Shown here: positions 43,245-52,012 of the stretch, piece by piece
How the letters are laid out: every line of letters starts with the position of its first letter
Numbering within the stretch: position 1 is the first letter of the stretch
From: an uncultured Thermoplasmata archaeon
Lineage (GTDB): Archaea; Thermoplasmatota; Thermoplasmata; RBG-16-68-12
Reading direction: 5' to 3'
Assembly (NCBI GenBank): GCA_963768855.1
Contig: CAVYJM010000006.1
Coordinates: forward strand, 800,001-864,000
Length of the DNA: 64,000 nucleotides
Notes under the pieces: model-generated
The model's input: the letters and a program-made list of their open reading frames with translations, nothing else
Told to the model about the DNA's origin: nothing
The model's database searches: none
Translations under genes and position numbers: made by a program

Positions 43245-46079
43245 GTGAGCCTACTTCGGTACGCCGGCTCGGGAATCCTGCGAAACCGGAGGCGGACCTT
43301 CTCCTCCATCCTCGGCGTCCTCCTCGCGGTCACGTTCGTCGCGGGCACCTTCATCGCGATTGACTCCTCGACCCGGGCCACGCTAGACGCCTCGCTCCAG
43401 TCCATCCAGGGAGATTTCAGCTACTATGCCTATCCGCTCAGCACGGGACCACAGTACACCCCGGGTCAGAGCAATGGCACGGATCTCCGGGACGCCATGG
43501 CGGCCGTGCCCGGAGTCGAAGACGCGTCCGTCTATCGGCAAGTCAACAGCTACTCAGGAGGTCTGCTCCTCTCGAACCCGACGGACCCGGTGAACACAAC
43601 CGCGTACATCGGTTCGATGCTTGCGGTCGATCCCTACCATCTCCCGTACCAGCTGCGCCAGGCCACGGTCTCCGGGTCCACCCTGCTCCCGAACGGCACG
43701 CTCCTGCTGGACACCCAGACGGCGAACCAGATTCGGGCGAAGCTGGGCGACTCCTTGAACCTGACTTACCAACAGTGGAACGGGACGGGCGTGACGAACA
43801 TCTCGATGCTGTTCACGCTCGGCGGGATCGCCACCCTCTCGTCCACGTACGGATACGGCGGCCCCGTGTACGGACCGTACCCGCCGTACTATGGGAGCCT
43901 GGTTGCCTTCAACCTGCGGGACTTGGACTGGGTCGTCAACCGTCTGAATCTGACCAACGCCTACTCTTCCCAGATCCAGGGCGAGGTGTGGATCGACCGG
44001 GCCCGCTTCGTCGATCCGTATGATCTCTCCGCCACGACGTTCCGGCTGACCCGCCTCGATCGCCAACTGACCCAGGCCATGATCGCGGCTGGATACACAG
44101 GGAGCGTGAACGACAACATCTCCCCCGCGATCCAGACGTTCTCCTCCCTGATCCTGTTCCAGCGCATCGAGTATCTGCTCCTCTCGTTCCCTGTGATTCT
44201 CCTAGGTCTCTATCTGGGGGCCGTGGGCGTCGATCTCGGCCACGCGGAGCGCCGTCGGGAGCTCGGCGTCCTCAAGACGCGGGGCGCGAGCCGACGGCAG
44301 GTCGCCCTGCTTCTCATCCTCGAATCGCTCCTCGGCGGGTTCGTCGCGACGGTCCTCGGACTGCTTTTCGGCGTCGCCTTGAGCCGCGTCCTCATCGGCG
44401 TAGTCACCCCCTTCGGCGCCTCCGCGGCGTACGGCGTCGTGACCCTGACCCCGGACACGATCATCATCGTGGCCATCCTGAGCACGCTCTTCATGGGAAT
44501 CGTCAGCTATCGGTCGGCGAGGCGGACCGCGAGCCTGCCGATCATCGAGACCCTCCGCTACTACGCTCCGGGCGAGACCCGCATCCAGTACTCCCCGACC
44601 CTGGACATCCTCATGATTGGGTACAGCGTGTTCGTTTACATCCTGTACTTCTACATCACCTCCAACGCCTCGAACTTCTTCATCTTCATGATTGGGAGCC
44701 TGTTCCTCATCACCCTCCCGGTCACTCCCATCCTCCTGATCGTCGGGTCCGTACGTCTCATGACTCGGTCCACCGGGCGGGTGTACGAGTGGACGACCCG
44801 GCTCATCCGGCCGTTCGCGAAGAACCTCGAGTACGTGGTCAGCCGCAACCTCTCTCGGAATCCGCGGCGTTCCTCGAACATCGCGATCATCATCGCCCTT
44901 GGGCTGGCCTTCGGCGTCTTCATCATGTCTTCCCTGGGGTCACAGCAGGCGGTGCAACAGGCGAGCCTCCGCGCCAGCATCGGCGCCGACATGTCCGTGA
45001 GCATCCCGTTCACATCCAACGGATCCGCGGACCTGGGCTTCCCGTCCAACCTCAGCAAGGTGTCCGGTGTCGCGGCCATCGCGCACGTCCTCCCCCTGAA
45101 CGTGTTAGTCTCGCCAGGCGTCATGTACGGTTCCGCATCCGTCTTCTCGTTGGATCCGACCACCTACTTCTCCGTGGCGCAGCCGGCGCCCTACTTCTTC
45201 GAGGACCCTGCGAGTGAGGCGGGGGCGCAGGCCGTGCTCGCGACGCCGGGTCAGGTCCTGATCACGGGTCAGTTCGCCAGGGATGCAGCGCTCCAAGTCG
45301 GAGATTCGCTCTACCTGAGCGCGACGACGTATCCGAACGGCACGCCTCAGACCGTATCCCTCACGGCCACGATCGGCGGGATCGTCCGGTTCCTGCCCGG
45401 CACCTACAACGGCTTCTTCTACGGGTCCGCCACCGCGCCCGACGAGGTCTACGGGAGCAACCAGACCTTCGCGAAGCTCATCGCGGCGACCGAGGGCGCA
45501 GGCTTCTACTACTCGAGCTCGGACCGCTTCCTGGTCTCCCTCCAGCCGGGCGCCGACTGGAAGACCGTCAAAGCGGACGTGCTAGCGCTTGGTTCCGCAG
45601 ACGTCCTGGTGTACCAGGAGCAGCTCGACCAGATCAACAACAACGCGTTCACCGGATCCTTCCTCGGTTTCATCCGCATGGAGATCGCGTTCATCGTGGT
45701 CATCCTGACGGCGGGCCTGGGTCTCATCATCTACGCCGCAAGCCTGGAACGGACGGTCGAGTTCGCGGGCATTACCGCACGCGGCTCAAGCGGGTGGCAG
45801 ACCGCGGGTCTTCTGGTCGGCGAGGCCTTCGTCATCATGCTCCTCGGGGTCCTCATGGGGCTCGTCGTCGGTCTGATCACGGGATACCTCTCCGTCTCGA
45901 TTACCACGCCTAGTTTCACTGGGGCCGAACCCATCGTCCCGAACCTGTTCGTGTTCCCGTTGGAAGCCCTCCTCCTCGTCATCCTCGCCCCCGCGGCGAT
46001 GCTCGGGACCACAATCCTGGTCGCGTGGAGGATTGCGAAGATGAATGTCGCACGTGTGCTCAAGATGCGAGGCGGATGA
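43245..46079 (+). CDS. Large FtsX/MacB-type ABC permease (duplicated, about eight TM, large extracellular domains)
   Basis: RNRRRT..SILGV, ERRRELGVLKTRGAS, RNLSRNPRRS, ERTVEFAGITARG; many N-x-S/T sequons. Confidence 0.85.
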   Translation: MSLLRYAGSGILRNRRRTFSSILGVLLAVTFVAGTFIAIDSSTRATLDASLQSIQGDFSYYAYPLSTGPQYTPGQSNGTDLRDAMAAVPGVEDASVYRQVNSYSGGLLLSNPTDPVNTTAYIGSMLAVDPYHLPYQLRQATVSGSTLLPNGTLLLDTQTANQIRAKLGDSLNLTYQQWNGTGVTNISMLFTLGGIATLSSTYGYGGPVYGPYPPYYGSLVAFNLRDLDWVVNRLNLTNAYSSQIQGEVWIDRARFVDPYDLSATTFRLTRLDRQLTQAMIAAGYTGSVNDNISPAIQTFSSLILFQRIEYLLLSFPVILLGLYLGAVGVDLGHAERRRELGVLKTRGASRRQVALLLILESLLGGFVATVLGLLFGVALSRVLIGVVTPFGASAAYGVVTLTPDTIIIVAILSTLFMGIVSYRSARRTASLPIIETLRYYAPGETRIQYSPTLDILMIGYSVFVYILYFYITSNASNFFIFMIGSLFLITLPVTPILLIVGSVRLMTRSTGRVYEWTTRLIRPFAKNLEYVVSRNLSRNPRRSSNIAIIIALGLAFGVFIMSSLGSQQAVQQASLRASIGADMSVSIPFTSNGSADLGFPSNLSKVSGVAAIAHVLPLNVLVSPGVMYGSASVFSLDPTTYFSVAQPAPYFFEDPASEAGAQAVLATPGQVLITGQFARDAALQVGDSLYLSATTYPNGTPQTVSLTATIGGIVRFLPGTYNGFFYGSATAPDEVYGSNQTFAKLIAATEGAGFYYSSSDRFLVSLQPGADWKTVKADVLALGSADVLVYQEQLDQINNNAFTGSFLGFIRMEIAFIVVILTAGLGLIIYAASLERTVEFAGITARGSSGWQTAGLLVGEAFVIMLLGVLMGLVVGLITGYLSVSITTPSFTGAEPIVPNLFVFPLEALLLVILAPAAMLGTTILVAWRIAKMNVARVLKMRGG

Positions 46080-46080
46080 G

Positions 46081-46767
46081 ATGCCCGAAGTCGTGATGAA
46101 GGACTTGATGAAAGTGTACCGTACAGGGAAGTCGGAGGTCATCGCATTGCGCGGCCTCGATATGACCGTCGGCAACGGGGAACTCGTTGCGGTCCAGGGG
46201 CCGAGTGGATGCGGGAAGACCACCTTGCTCAACCTGGTCGGCGGCATCGATCGCCCGACGGCCGGTCGCGTCGAAGTCGACGGGACGAACGTCCCCGACC
46301 TGAGTGACGCGGACCTCGTGAAGTACCGGCGGAACCGGGTGGGCTTCGTGTTCCAGTTCTTCAACCTGGTGCCGACGTTGACCGCCGAGGAGAATATCCA
46401 GCTCCCGATGCGGCTTGCCGGCAAAGCCGCGAAGGATCGCGAGGCACGCACGCACGAACTGCTGAAGCTCATCGACTTGGAGAAGAGGGCAATCCATCGG
46501 CCTGACGAACTGAGCGGCGGCGAACAGCAGCGCATCGCCCTAGCCACGGCGCTCGCGAACGATCCCCCGCTCATCCTGGCGGATGAACCGACCGGCGAGC
46601 TGGACACGAAGACGGGCCATGAGATCCTCGAGCTCTTCGGGCGGCTGAACCAGGAATTCAAGAAGACGATCCTCGTGGTCACCCACGACCAGCGCGTCGC
46701 GAACATCGCCCATCGCGTGCTACAGATCGAGGACGGTAAAATCACCGGTGAGACCACCCGGTCCTGA
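46081..46767 (+). CDS. LolD/MacB-type ABC ATPase
   Basis: GPSGCGKTT, GFVFQFFNL, ELSGGEQQR, ADEPTGELD, VVTHD. Confidence 0.92.
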   Translation: MPEVVMKDLMKVYRTGKSEVIALRGLDMTVGNGELVAVQGPSGCGKTTLLNLVGGIDRPTAGRVEVDGTNVPDLSDADLVKYRRNRVGFVFQFFNLVPTLTAEENIQLPMRLAGKAAKDREARTHELLKLIDLEKRAIHRPDELSGGEQQRIALATALANDPPLILADEPTGELDTKTGHEILELFGRLNQEFKKTILVVTHDQRVANIAHRVLQIEDGKITGETTRS

Positions 46768-46878
46768 CGGCGACCTCGGAACTCGTCGCGCCGGAACCCG
46801 TCACTGGCTCCGAACGGTAACGACGTCGAATCCATCGCCTCGCTCCCCGTTGCCGGAGACGGAGGAAGGGGAGGACCC

Positions 46879-48081
46879 ATGCGTCGGGTCATGACGGTTG
46901 CAGCGGGCTTGCTGGTGGGGATTGTGATTGCCCTCGCGGCATTCCAAGGGGTGAGTGCGAAGTCGCCGAAAGCCTCGTGGACCGTGATGGTCTACCTGGA
47001 CGGTGACAATAACCTCGACCCGGACGCCCATGTCGACATGGGCGAGATGGCTGTGGTGGGCTCCACCTCGGCGGTCAACGTCGTCGTCCTGCTGGACGAG
47101 TTCGACGGCCCCGCGAACCTGCTCAAGGTGACCGCGGGAGGCAGCCAGCTCGTTTCCGGATTCCCGCTGAATGGCATCGAGGCGGACATGGGCGACGGGA
47201 ACACGCTGGCCGTCTTCGTCGACTTCGTCGTGGCCAAGTTCCCAGCGGATCACTATCTCCTGGACCTCTGGGACCATGGGGACGACTTCCGCGGGTTCGC
47301 GTGGGATGACCATCCGAACCTGGACAACTCCCCCGGCGACGACTTCATGACGCACACGGAGATCGTGAACGCCCTCTCGGGCCATCACCTCGACATCCTG
47401 GCGTTCGACGGGTGCGTGATGAGCAACCTCGAGGTGTCGTACGAGTATGCCGCCCGCGGACTCGCGATCGACTACCTCGTGGCCTCCGAGATCTACATCC
47501 CCAACCAGGGCTTCGCCTACGACGGGCTCCTCGCGCCGCTCATCGCGAAACCCTCTATGGACGCGCTCACGCTCTCGAAGACGATCGTGGACTCCTACCT
47601 GGCGTACTACGGCGACGGCGGCTGGCAGGTCGGGCTGTCCGTGCTCAAGATGTCCAGCGTTCCGGGCTTGGTGTCCGCGGTTGGCGACCTCACGAGCGCC
47701 CTCCAGGCGGACATGCCGGTCTACCGCGACTGCATCGGCGACGCCCGAGGCAAGGCGCATCTCGGGTGGTCCATGACGGGCTGGGAGTCTTTCGTCGACT
47801 TCCCGACTTGGGTCACGACCCTGGAGCGGTGTCTCGGTCCGAACGCGGACCTGGCCCCCTTGTTCGCTGGAGTGAACGCCCAGCTGGCCGCGACGCTCCT
47901 GTACGTGCGCAACGCACACGCGCTCGACGTGAAGGGAGCGGGCGGCATGGGCGTCTTCTTCCCCGGTTCCGCCGGCTCGTTCGAGAACAACGCCTTCTGG
48001 CACGGGGAGTACTTCCTGGCGACCCAGTTCGCGTCCCAGGGATGGTACGACTTCCTCTGCGCCTACTGGGGCACCACATAG
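46879..48081 (+). CDS. Secreted clostripain-family (C11) cysteine peptidase
   Basis: Signal peptide; WTVMVYLDGDNNL; catalytic His in LWDHG and Cys in FDGCVM; VASE. Confidence 0.88.
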   Translation: MRRVMTVAAGLLVGIVIALAAFQGVSAKSPKASWTVMVYLDGDNNLDPDAHVDMGEMAVVGSTSAVNVVVLLDEFDGPANLLKVTAGGSQLVSGFPLNGIEADMGDGNTLAVFVDFVVAKFPADHYLLDLWDHGDDFRGFAWDDHPNLDNSPGDDFMTHTEIVNALSGHHLDILAFDGCVMSNLEVSYEYAARGLAIDYLVASEIYIPNQGFAYDGLLAPLIAKPSMDALTLSKTIVDSYLAYYGDGGWQVGLSVLKMSSVPGLVSAVGDLTSALQADMPVYRDCIGDARGKAHLGWSMTGWESFVDFPTWVTTLERCLGPNADLAPLFAGVNAQLAATLLYVRNAHALDVKGAGGMGVFFPGSAGSFENNAFWHGEYFLATQFASQGWYDFLCAYWGTT

Positions 48082-48129
48082 GAGTTCGAGCGTCGCGTGC
48101 CTACGCAGGGAGGCCACAGGCCGACGCGC

Positions 48130-49080
48130 TCAGAGAGCAATCTCCGTCCCGAACCCCTGCTCCCGGGCGCGCTCGTAGACCAGGGAGCCGACCGCCACGT
48201 CTTCGATCGCGAGTCCGAGCGACTTGAAAAGAGTCGTGTCGCCGGCCATCCGGCGTCCTTTCGATTTCCCTGCGACCACCTCGGCCAGCTCGAGGATCTG
48301 GTCCCACCGTAGGAGCCCTCGTGAGATCGGGTCCAGCAGGTCCCCCGCCTCCAGGCGCGCCTGTTCGATGGAGTCCGCCGTGATGAGCGTGCAGCGCTGG
48401 ATGGCCGCGTCGTCCAGCTCCCGCGCATCGATGTGGTTTCCTCCGATCGCGTTCAGGTGGACTCCGGGTTCCAGCCACTCCCCGCGAACGACGGGGTTCT
48501 TCGAGTTGGTCGCGGTAATCACGATCTCCGCTCGCCGCACGGCCGCCTCCGGCGACTCCGCGGCTGCCACGTCGACGCCCAGGGATTTCGTCACTCTTTC
48601 CGCGAACGCCTTGCATTGCGGTCCGTCTCGGCTGTAGCAGCGGACGCCCGTGATGGGGCGGACGGCGCACAGAGCTTCGAGCTGGCTCTCGGCCTGCCAG
48701 CCCGTCCCAAGGAGGGCTGCCTTCGACGCCTTGTCGCGAGCGAGGAACTTCGTCGCGATCCCGCTGGCCGCTCCGGTGCGTTGCTGTCCGAGCCGGTTCG
48801 CCTGCATGACAGCAAGCAGCTCGCCGCTCTTCGCGTCGAACAGGTGGAACCAGAAGTGCACGGACTCGCGGGAGATTGAGTAGTACTTGAAACCATAGTA
48901 GCCGCGGGAGGGCCAGGAGGCCGGCATGACGTTCAGGAGGGCGTGCGGGCCGCGCACCCGTTGCCGGGGTCGGTTCTCCGCCTTCCCTTCCCCTAGGTCC
49001 CGCAGCGCCGCCTCGACCTCGCGCAGCGCGTCTTTCATCGTCAGGAGCTGGGCGACGTCCTCCTCCGTGAGGTGCAGCAT
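48130..49080 (-). CDS. Ornithine cyclodeaminase / mu-crystallin family protein
   Basis: MPASW, GFKYYS, RTGAASG, GTGWQAESQ, GVHLNAIG, FKSLGLAIED. Confidence 0.88.
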   Translation of the reverse strand: MLHLTEEDVAQLLTMKDALREVEAALRDLGEGKAENRPRQRVRGPHALLNVMPASWPSRGYYGFKYYSISRESVHFWFHLFDAKSGELLAVMQANRLGQQRTGAASGIATKFLARDKASKAALLGTGWQAESQLEALCAVRPITGVRCYSRDGPQCKAFAERVTKSLGVDVAAAESPEAAVRRAEIVITATNSKNPVVRGEWLEPGVHLNAIGGNHIDARELDDAAIQRCTLITADSIEQARLEAGDLLDPISRGLLRWDQILELAEVVAGKSKGRRMAGDTTLFKSLGLAIEDVAVGSLVYERAREQGFGTEIAL

Positions 49081-49132
49081 CACGTACCCCGAAGCCACTC
49101 CGCCTCTTGAAGCCGCCGTGCGCGGTCCCAGG

Positions 49133-51157
49133 TCACGTGGCCGCAGGCCGCAGCAATTCCTCAGGCTTCAGCGGTGTCCGCGTGAGCCGGCGGCCGATCT
49201 GGCGCTCGACCGCGCGCATGAGGGCCGGGGGAACCCCGATTGTCGGGCTCTCCCCCACGCCCTTCGCGCCGTGGGGCGTGTTCGAGCGGGTCTTCGCGGT
49301 CTTCACCGTGAACGCGGGCATCTCCGTGGCGGAGAGCAACCCTGCGTCCCCGATCGTTCCGACGAGGGATTGTCCGTCCGCGTCGTAGAAGGCGCCCTCG
49401 GAGAGGACCTGACCGATTCCCTGCGCGGATCCGCCAATCACCTGGCTCTCGAGCATCGGGCGGTTCAGGACCTCGCCCGCGTCGTAATACGCGACGACCT
49501 CTCGCACCCGGACGAGGCCCGTCTCGTCCAGGTCGGCGGACACGAGGTTCGCCCCGAGCGAATTGAAGTTCCCCTCGGGTTTGAAGAACACCTTCACATC
49601 GTAGGTCCCCGCCAGGAGCTTCTTGGCGGAGTACGTCCCCGCCCGCTTCACCCGTGCTTTGAGCTTGCGCGCGGCCTCGATGGCGGCGCCCCCGCCGACG
49701 ATTGCCGTGCGGCTCCCCCAACTGCCGACCCCCTTCGGGACTGCATCCGTGTCGCTCTTCTCGAGGTCGATCAGCTCAGGCGGGACACCGAGTTCCTCGG
49801 AGACGAGCCGGCGCACGAAGACCTCGTGACCCTGGCCGTGCGGGTTTCCGCCGAGCCACACCTGGACGCGGCCGTCCCGCACGGAGATCCGCGCGCCCTC
49901 GCCGCTGTTCGCCGCAGGGAGGAGGATGAACGAGGAGAAGCCCGTCTTTCCGTCCGCCGCGCGGTCGCGGTAACCCGTCTCGCGGATCGCGTCCTCCAGG
50001 AACGCGCGGAACGGCGGAACCTGCATTCCCGTTGGGGACTTCCACGGCCCATCGGCCGCGTTCCGCAGCCGGAGATCCACGGGATCCATGGAAAGCTCAT
50101 CCGCGAGGAAGTCGAGCATGCGCTCGATGAAGAACGCCGCCTCCGGGCGACCCGCGCCCCGATAGGGCCCAAGGGGCACCTTGTTCGTGAAAACCGCCTT
50201 GCCGGTGACGAAGGCCTTCGGAATCGAGTAGGGCCCCGTCATCTGCATCCCGATCCAGCGGGGCGCCCATTCCGCCATCCCCGCGGAGTACGCCCCTCCG
50301 TCGATGAGGACGTCGCCGCGCATTCCCCGAACGAGGCCGTCCCGGTCCGCAGAGAGCGTGACCCGGGCGCGGGCTCCGCGGCCCTGCTCCGTGGCCTGGA
50401 GGTGCTCGTAGCGGGTCTCGATCCACCGCACGGGCCGCTTCTCCTTCATCGCCACATGGGCCGCCACGATGTACTCCGGGTAGATGCCCCCCTTGCTGCC
50501 GAACGCTCCGCCTGTGTCCATCTGGATCACCCGCACGGATCGCTTCGGAAGTCCGAGGCTCTGGCAGAATCCCTCCTGAAAACTCCCAACGGACTGCGTC
50601 GAGGCGTAGACGGTGAGGCGGCCGCCCTCCCACCGCGCGAGGACGCCGCGCGGCTCGAGTGGGTTCGGCACGACGCGCTCGCAGCGCAGGGTCTCCTCAA
50701 GGACCACGGGGGCGTCCGGGTCCGTGAACTTCACTCCGACCTGGCCGGAACCCATGATGTTGGACTTCGTCCCGGGGTGGATGGGCTCGGCGGTGAGGGC
50801 CGCCTCGGGATCCGGGACGGCCTGGAGCGGCTCGTAGTCGATCTCGACCGAGTCGAGGAGATCCTCGGCCTCCGCAGCGGTCCGGCCGACCACCGCGGCC
50901 ACCGGTTGCCCGACGTAGTTCACGCGGTCGCGGGCGAGGACCGGGTACGCGACGGATCCCATGCCTCCCTCCGCGCCCTCCCCGACTGCGCTCATGAGCG
51001 ACTTGACGTCGGCGGATGTGAGTCCGCCGCGAACGGAGCGGATGATCGCGCGGGCGTACCCGCTCCGCGCAATCTTCAGGTGGAGCGTGCCGGGGAGCTC
51101 GAGGTCCGCCACGTAGCTGCCCTTCCCGGTGAGGAAGCGGTCGAAGGTGTCGGTCAT
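49133..51157 (-). CDS. Xanthine-oxidase-family molybdopterin large subunit (CoxL/CutA-like), compact
   Basis: RFLTGKG.YVAD, PNPLEPRG, DTGGAFGSK, GPYRGAGRPEA, PHGQGHE, GSWGSR, KGVGES. Confidence 0.88.
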   Translation of the reverse strand: MTDTFDRFLTGKGSYVADLELPGTLHLKIARSGYARAIIRSVRGGLTSADVKSLMSAVGEGAEGGMGSVAYPVLARDRVNYVGQPVAAVVGRTAAEAEDLLDSVEIDYEPLQAVPDPEAALTAEPIHPGTKSNIMGSGQVGVKFTDPDAPVVLEETLRCERVVPNPLEPRGVLARWEGGRLTVYASTQSVGSFQEGFCQSLGLPKRSVRVIQMDTGGAFGSKGGIYPEYIVAAHVAMKEKRPVRWIETRYEHLQATEQGRGARARVTLSADRDGLVRGMRGDVLIDGGAYSAGMAEWAPRWIGMQMTGPYSIPKAFVTGKAVFTNKVPLGPYRGAGRPEAAFFIERMLDFLADELSMDPVDLRLRNAADGPWKSPTGMQVPPFRAFLEDAIRETGYRDRAADGKTGFSSFILLPAANSGEGARISVRDGRVQVWLGGNPHGQGHEVFVRRLVSEELGVPPELIDLEKSDTDAVPKGVGSWGSRTAIVGGGAAIEAARKLKARVKRAGTYSAKKLLAGTYDVKVFFKPEGNFNSLGANLVSADLDETGLVRVREVVAYYDAGEVLNRPMLESQVIGGSAQGIGQVLSEGAFYDADGQSLVGTIGDAGLLSATEMPAFTVKTAKTRSNTPHGAKGVGESPTIGVPPALMRAVERQIGRRLTRTPLKPEELLRPAAT

Positions 51158-51297
51158 CTGCAGTCCTCCGAGCTCGGTCCGCCCTCGAAAGCCGCCCGCG
51201 CGATAAGCCTTTGCTCTCGTTGGATTCCCTGCGGCCGCGCGCCGCGCTTGCGCGGGAGCCATTCCCTTTTATCCGTCAACGGGATTCCGCGTCTCGG

Positions 51298-51942
51298 ATG
51301 ATTGAGGCTGCCCTCCGCGTGACCCTGCCGTGCAGCTGGGTGACGGAGGTCACGAGTGCGCACGGCGCGACAGTCAACCTGGTCGAGCAGAAGCCCGCCG
51401 GGGGCACGATCCTCCAGAGCCTCGTGGAGATCGACCCCGGAGGGGCCGAGCCTCAGGCCGTGGTCGACACGCTGCGCCGGAACCGTTTCGTCCACAGCGT
51501 CGAGGCGATCGTGCCGCCGAAGGGGAAGATCCTTGCGACTCTCCTCGTGGACAACTGCCACGCCTGCCACGAGCTCGCCCAGTCCGAATGCTTCCTGACG
51601 GACGCCACCGCCACGGAGGGCGGCGGTCTGGAGTGGCACCTCCTCGCGCCCCAGCGCTCGGCCGTCGAGGCCCTGGTCAAGACGCTGAGCGCGCGAGGCA
51701 TCGCGGTCGAGTTGATAGCGATCAAGAATGTCAGAGGGTCCGGGAGCCTCACGGACCGCCAAGAGCGCGTCCTGAGCCTCGCGTTCCAGCTCGGCTACTT
51801 CGAGTTCCCCAAGAAGATCGGCCTCACGGAGCTCGCGAAGAAGCTCGGTGTGTCAAAGGCCGCGCTGTCCGAGACCCTGCGGACCGGCGAGGAGAAGATT
51901 CTCCACTCCTACTTCCAGGGTCTCATGAAGCGGACCCGCTGA
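51298..51942 (+). CDS. Bat-type HTH (HTH_10) transcription regulator with Cys-rich N-terminal domain
   Basis: C-terminal LTDRQ..VL.LA...GYFEFPKKI.L.ELA..LGVSK..LSE.LR.GE; cttttat TATA 26 nt upstream. Confidence 0.85.
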   Translation: MIEAALRVTLPCSWVTEVTSAHGATVNLVEQKPAGGTILQSLVEIDPGGAEPQAVVDTLRRNRFVHSVEAIVPPKGKILATLLVDNCHACHELAQSECFLTDATATEGGGLEWHLLAPQRSAVEALVKTLSARGIAVELIAIKNVRGSGSLTDRQERVLSLAFQLGYFEFPKKIGLTELAKKLGVSKAALSETLRTGEEKILHSYFQGLMKRTR

Positions 51943-52012
51943 ACTCCCGAACAGGTTCGGGGAGACGGCTTACCGTGCGGGGTCCTCGCAGGTCCGTCCG
52001 AGGTGGTGTACG

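Noticed and set aside
49133-51157. Aerobic carbon monoxide dehydrogenase (form I CoxL)
   Set aside because: Active-site loop is PYRGAGR, without the Cu-binding Cys of AYxCSFR; no coxS/coxM
48926-51301. Very long opposite-strand or alternate-frame ORFs (this 791-aa one, 29421-31466, 1742-3862, 2314-4380 and many others)
   Set aside because: They overlap well-supported genes, are Arg/Gly/Pro-rich with no motifs, and are expected shadows of high-GC codon bias
51556-51570. c-type cytochrome (CxxCH)
   Set aside because: The motif is in a cytoplasmic HTH regulator with no export signal, so covalent heme attachment is unlikely
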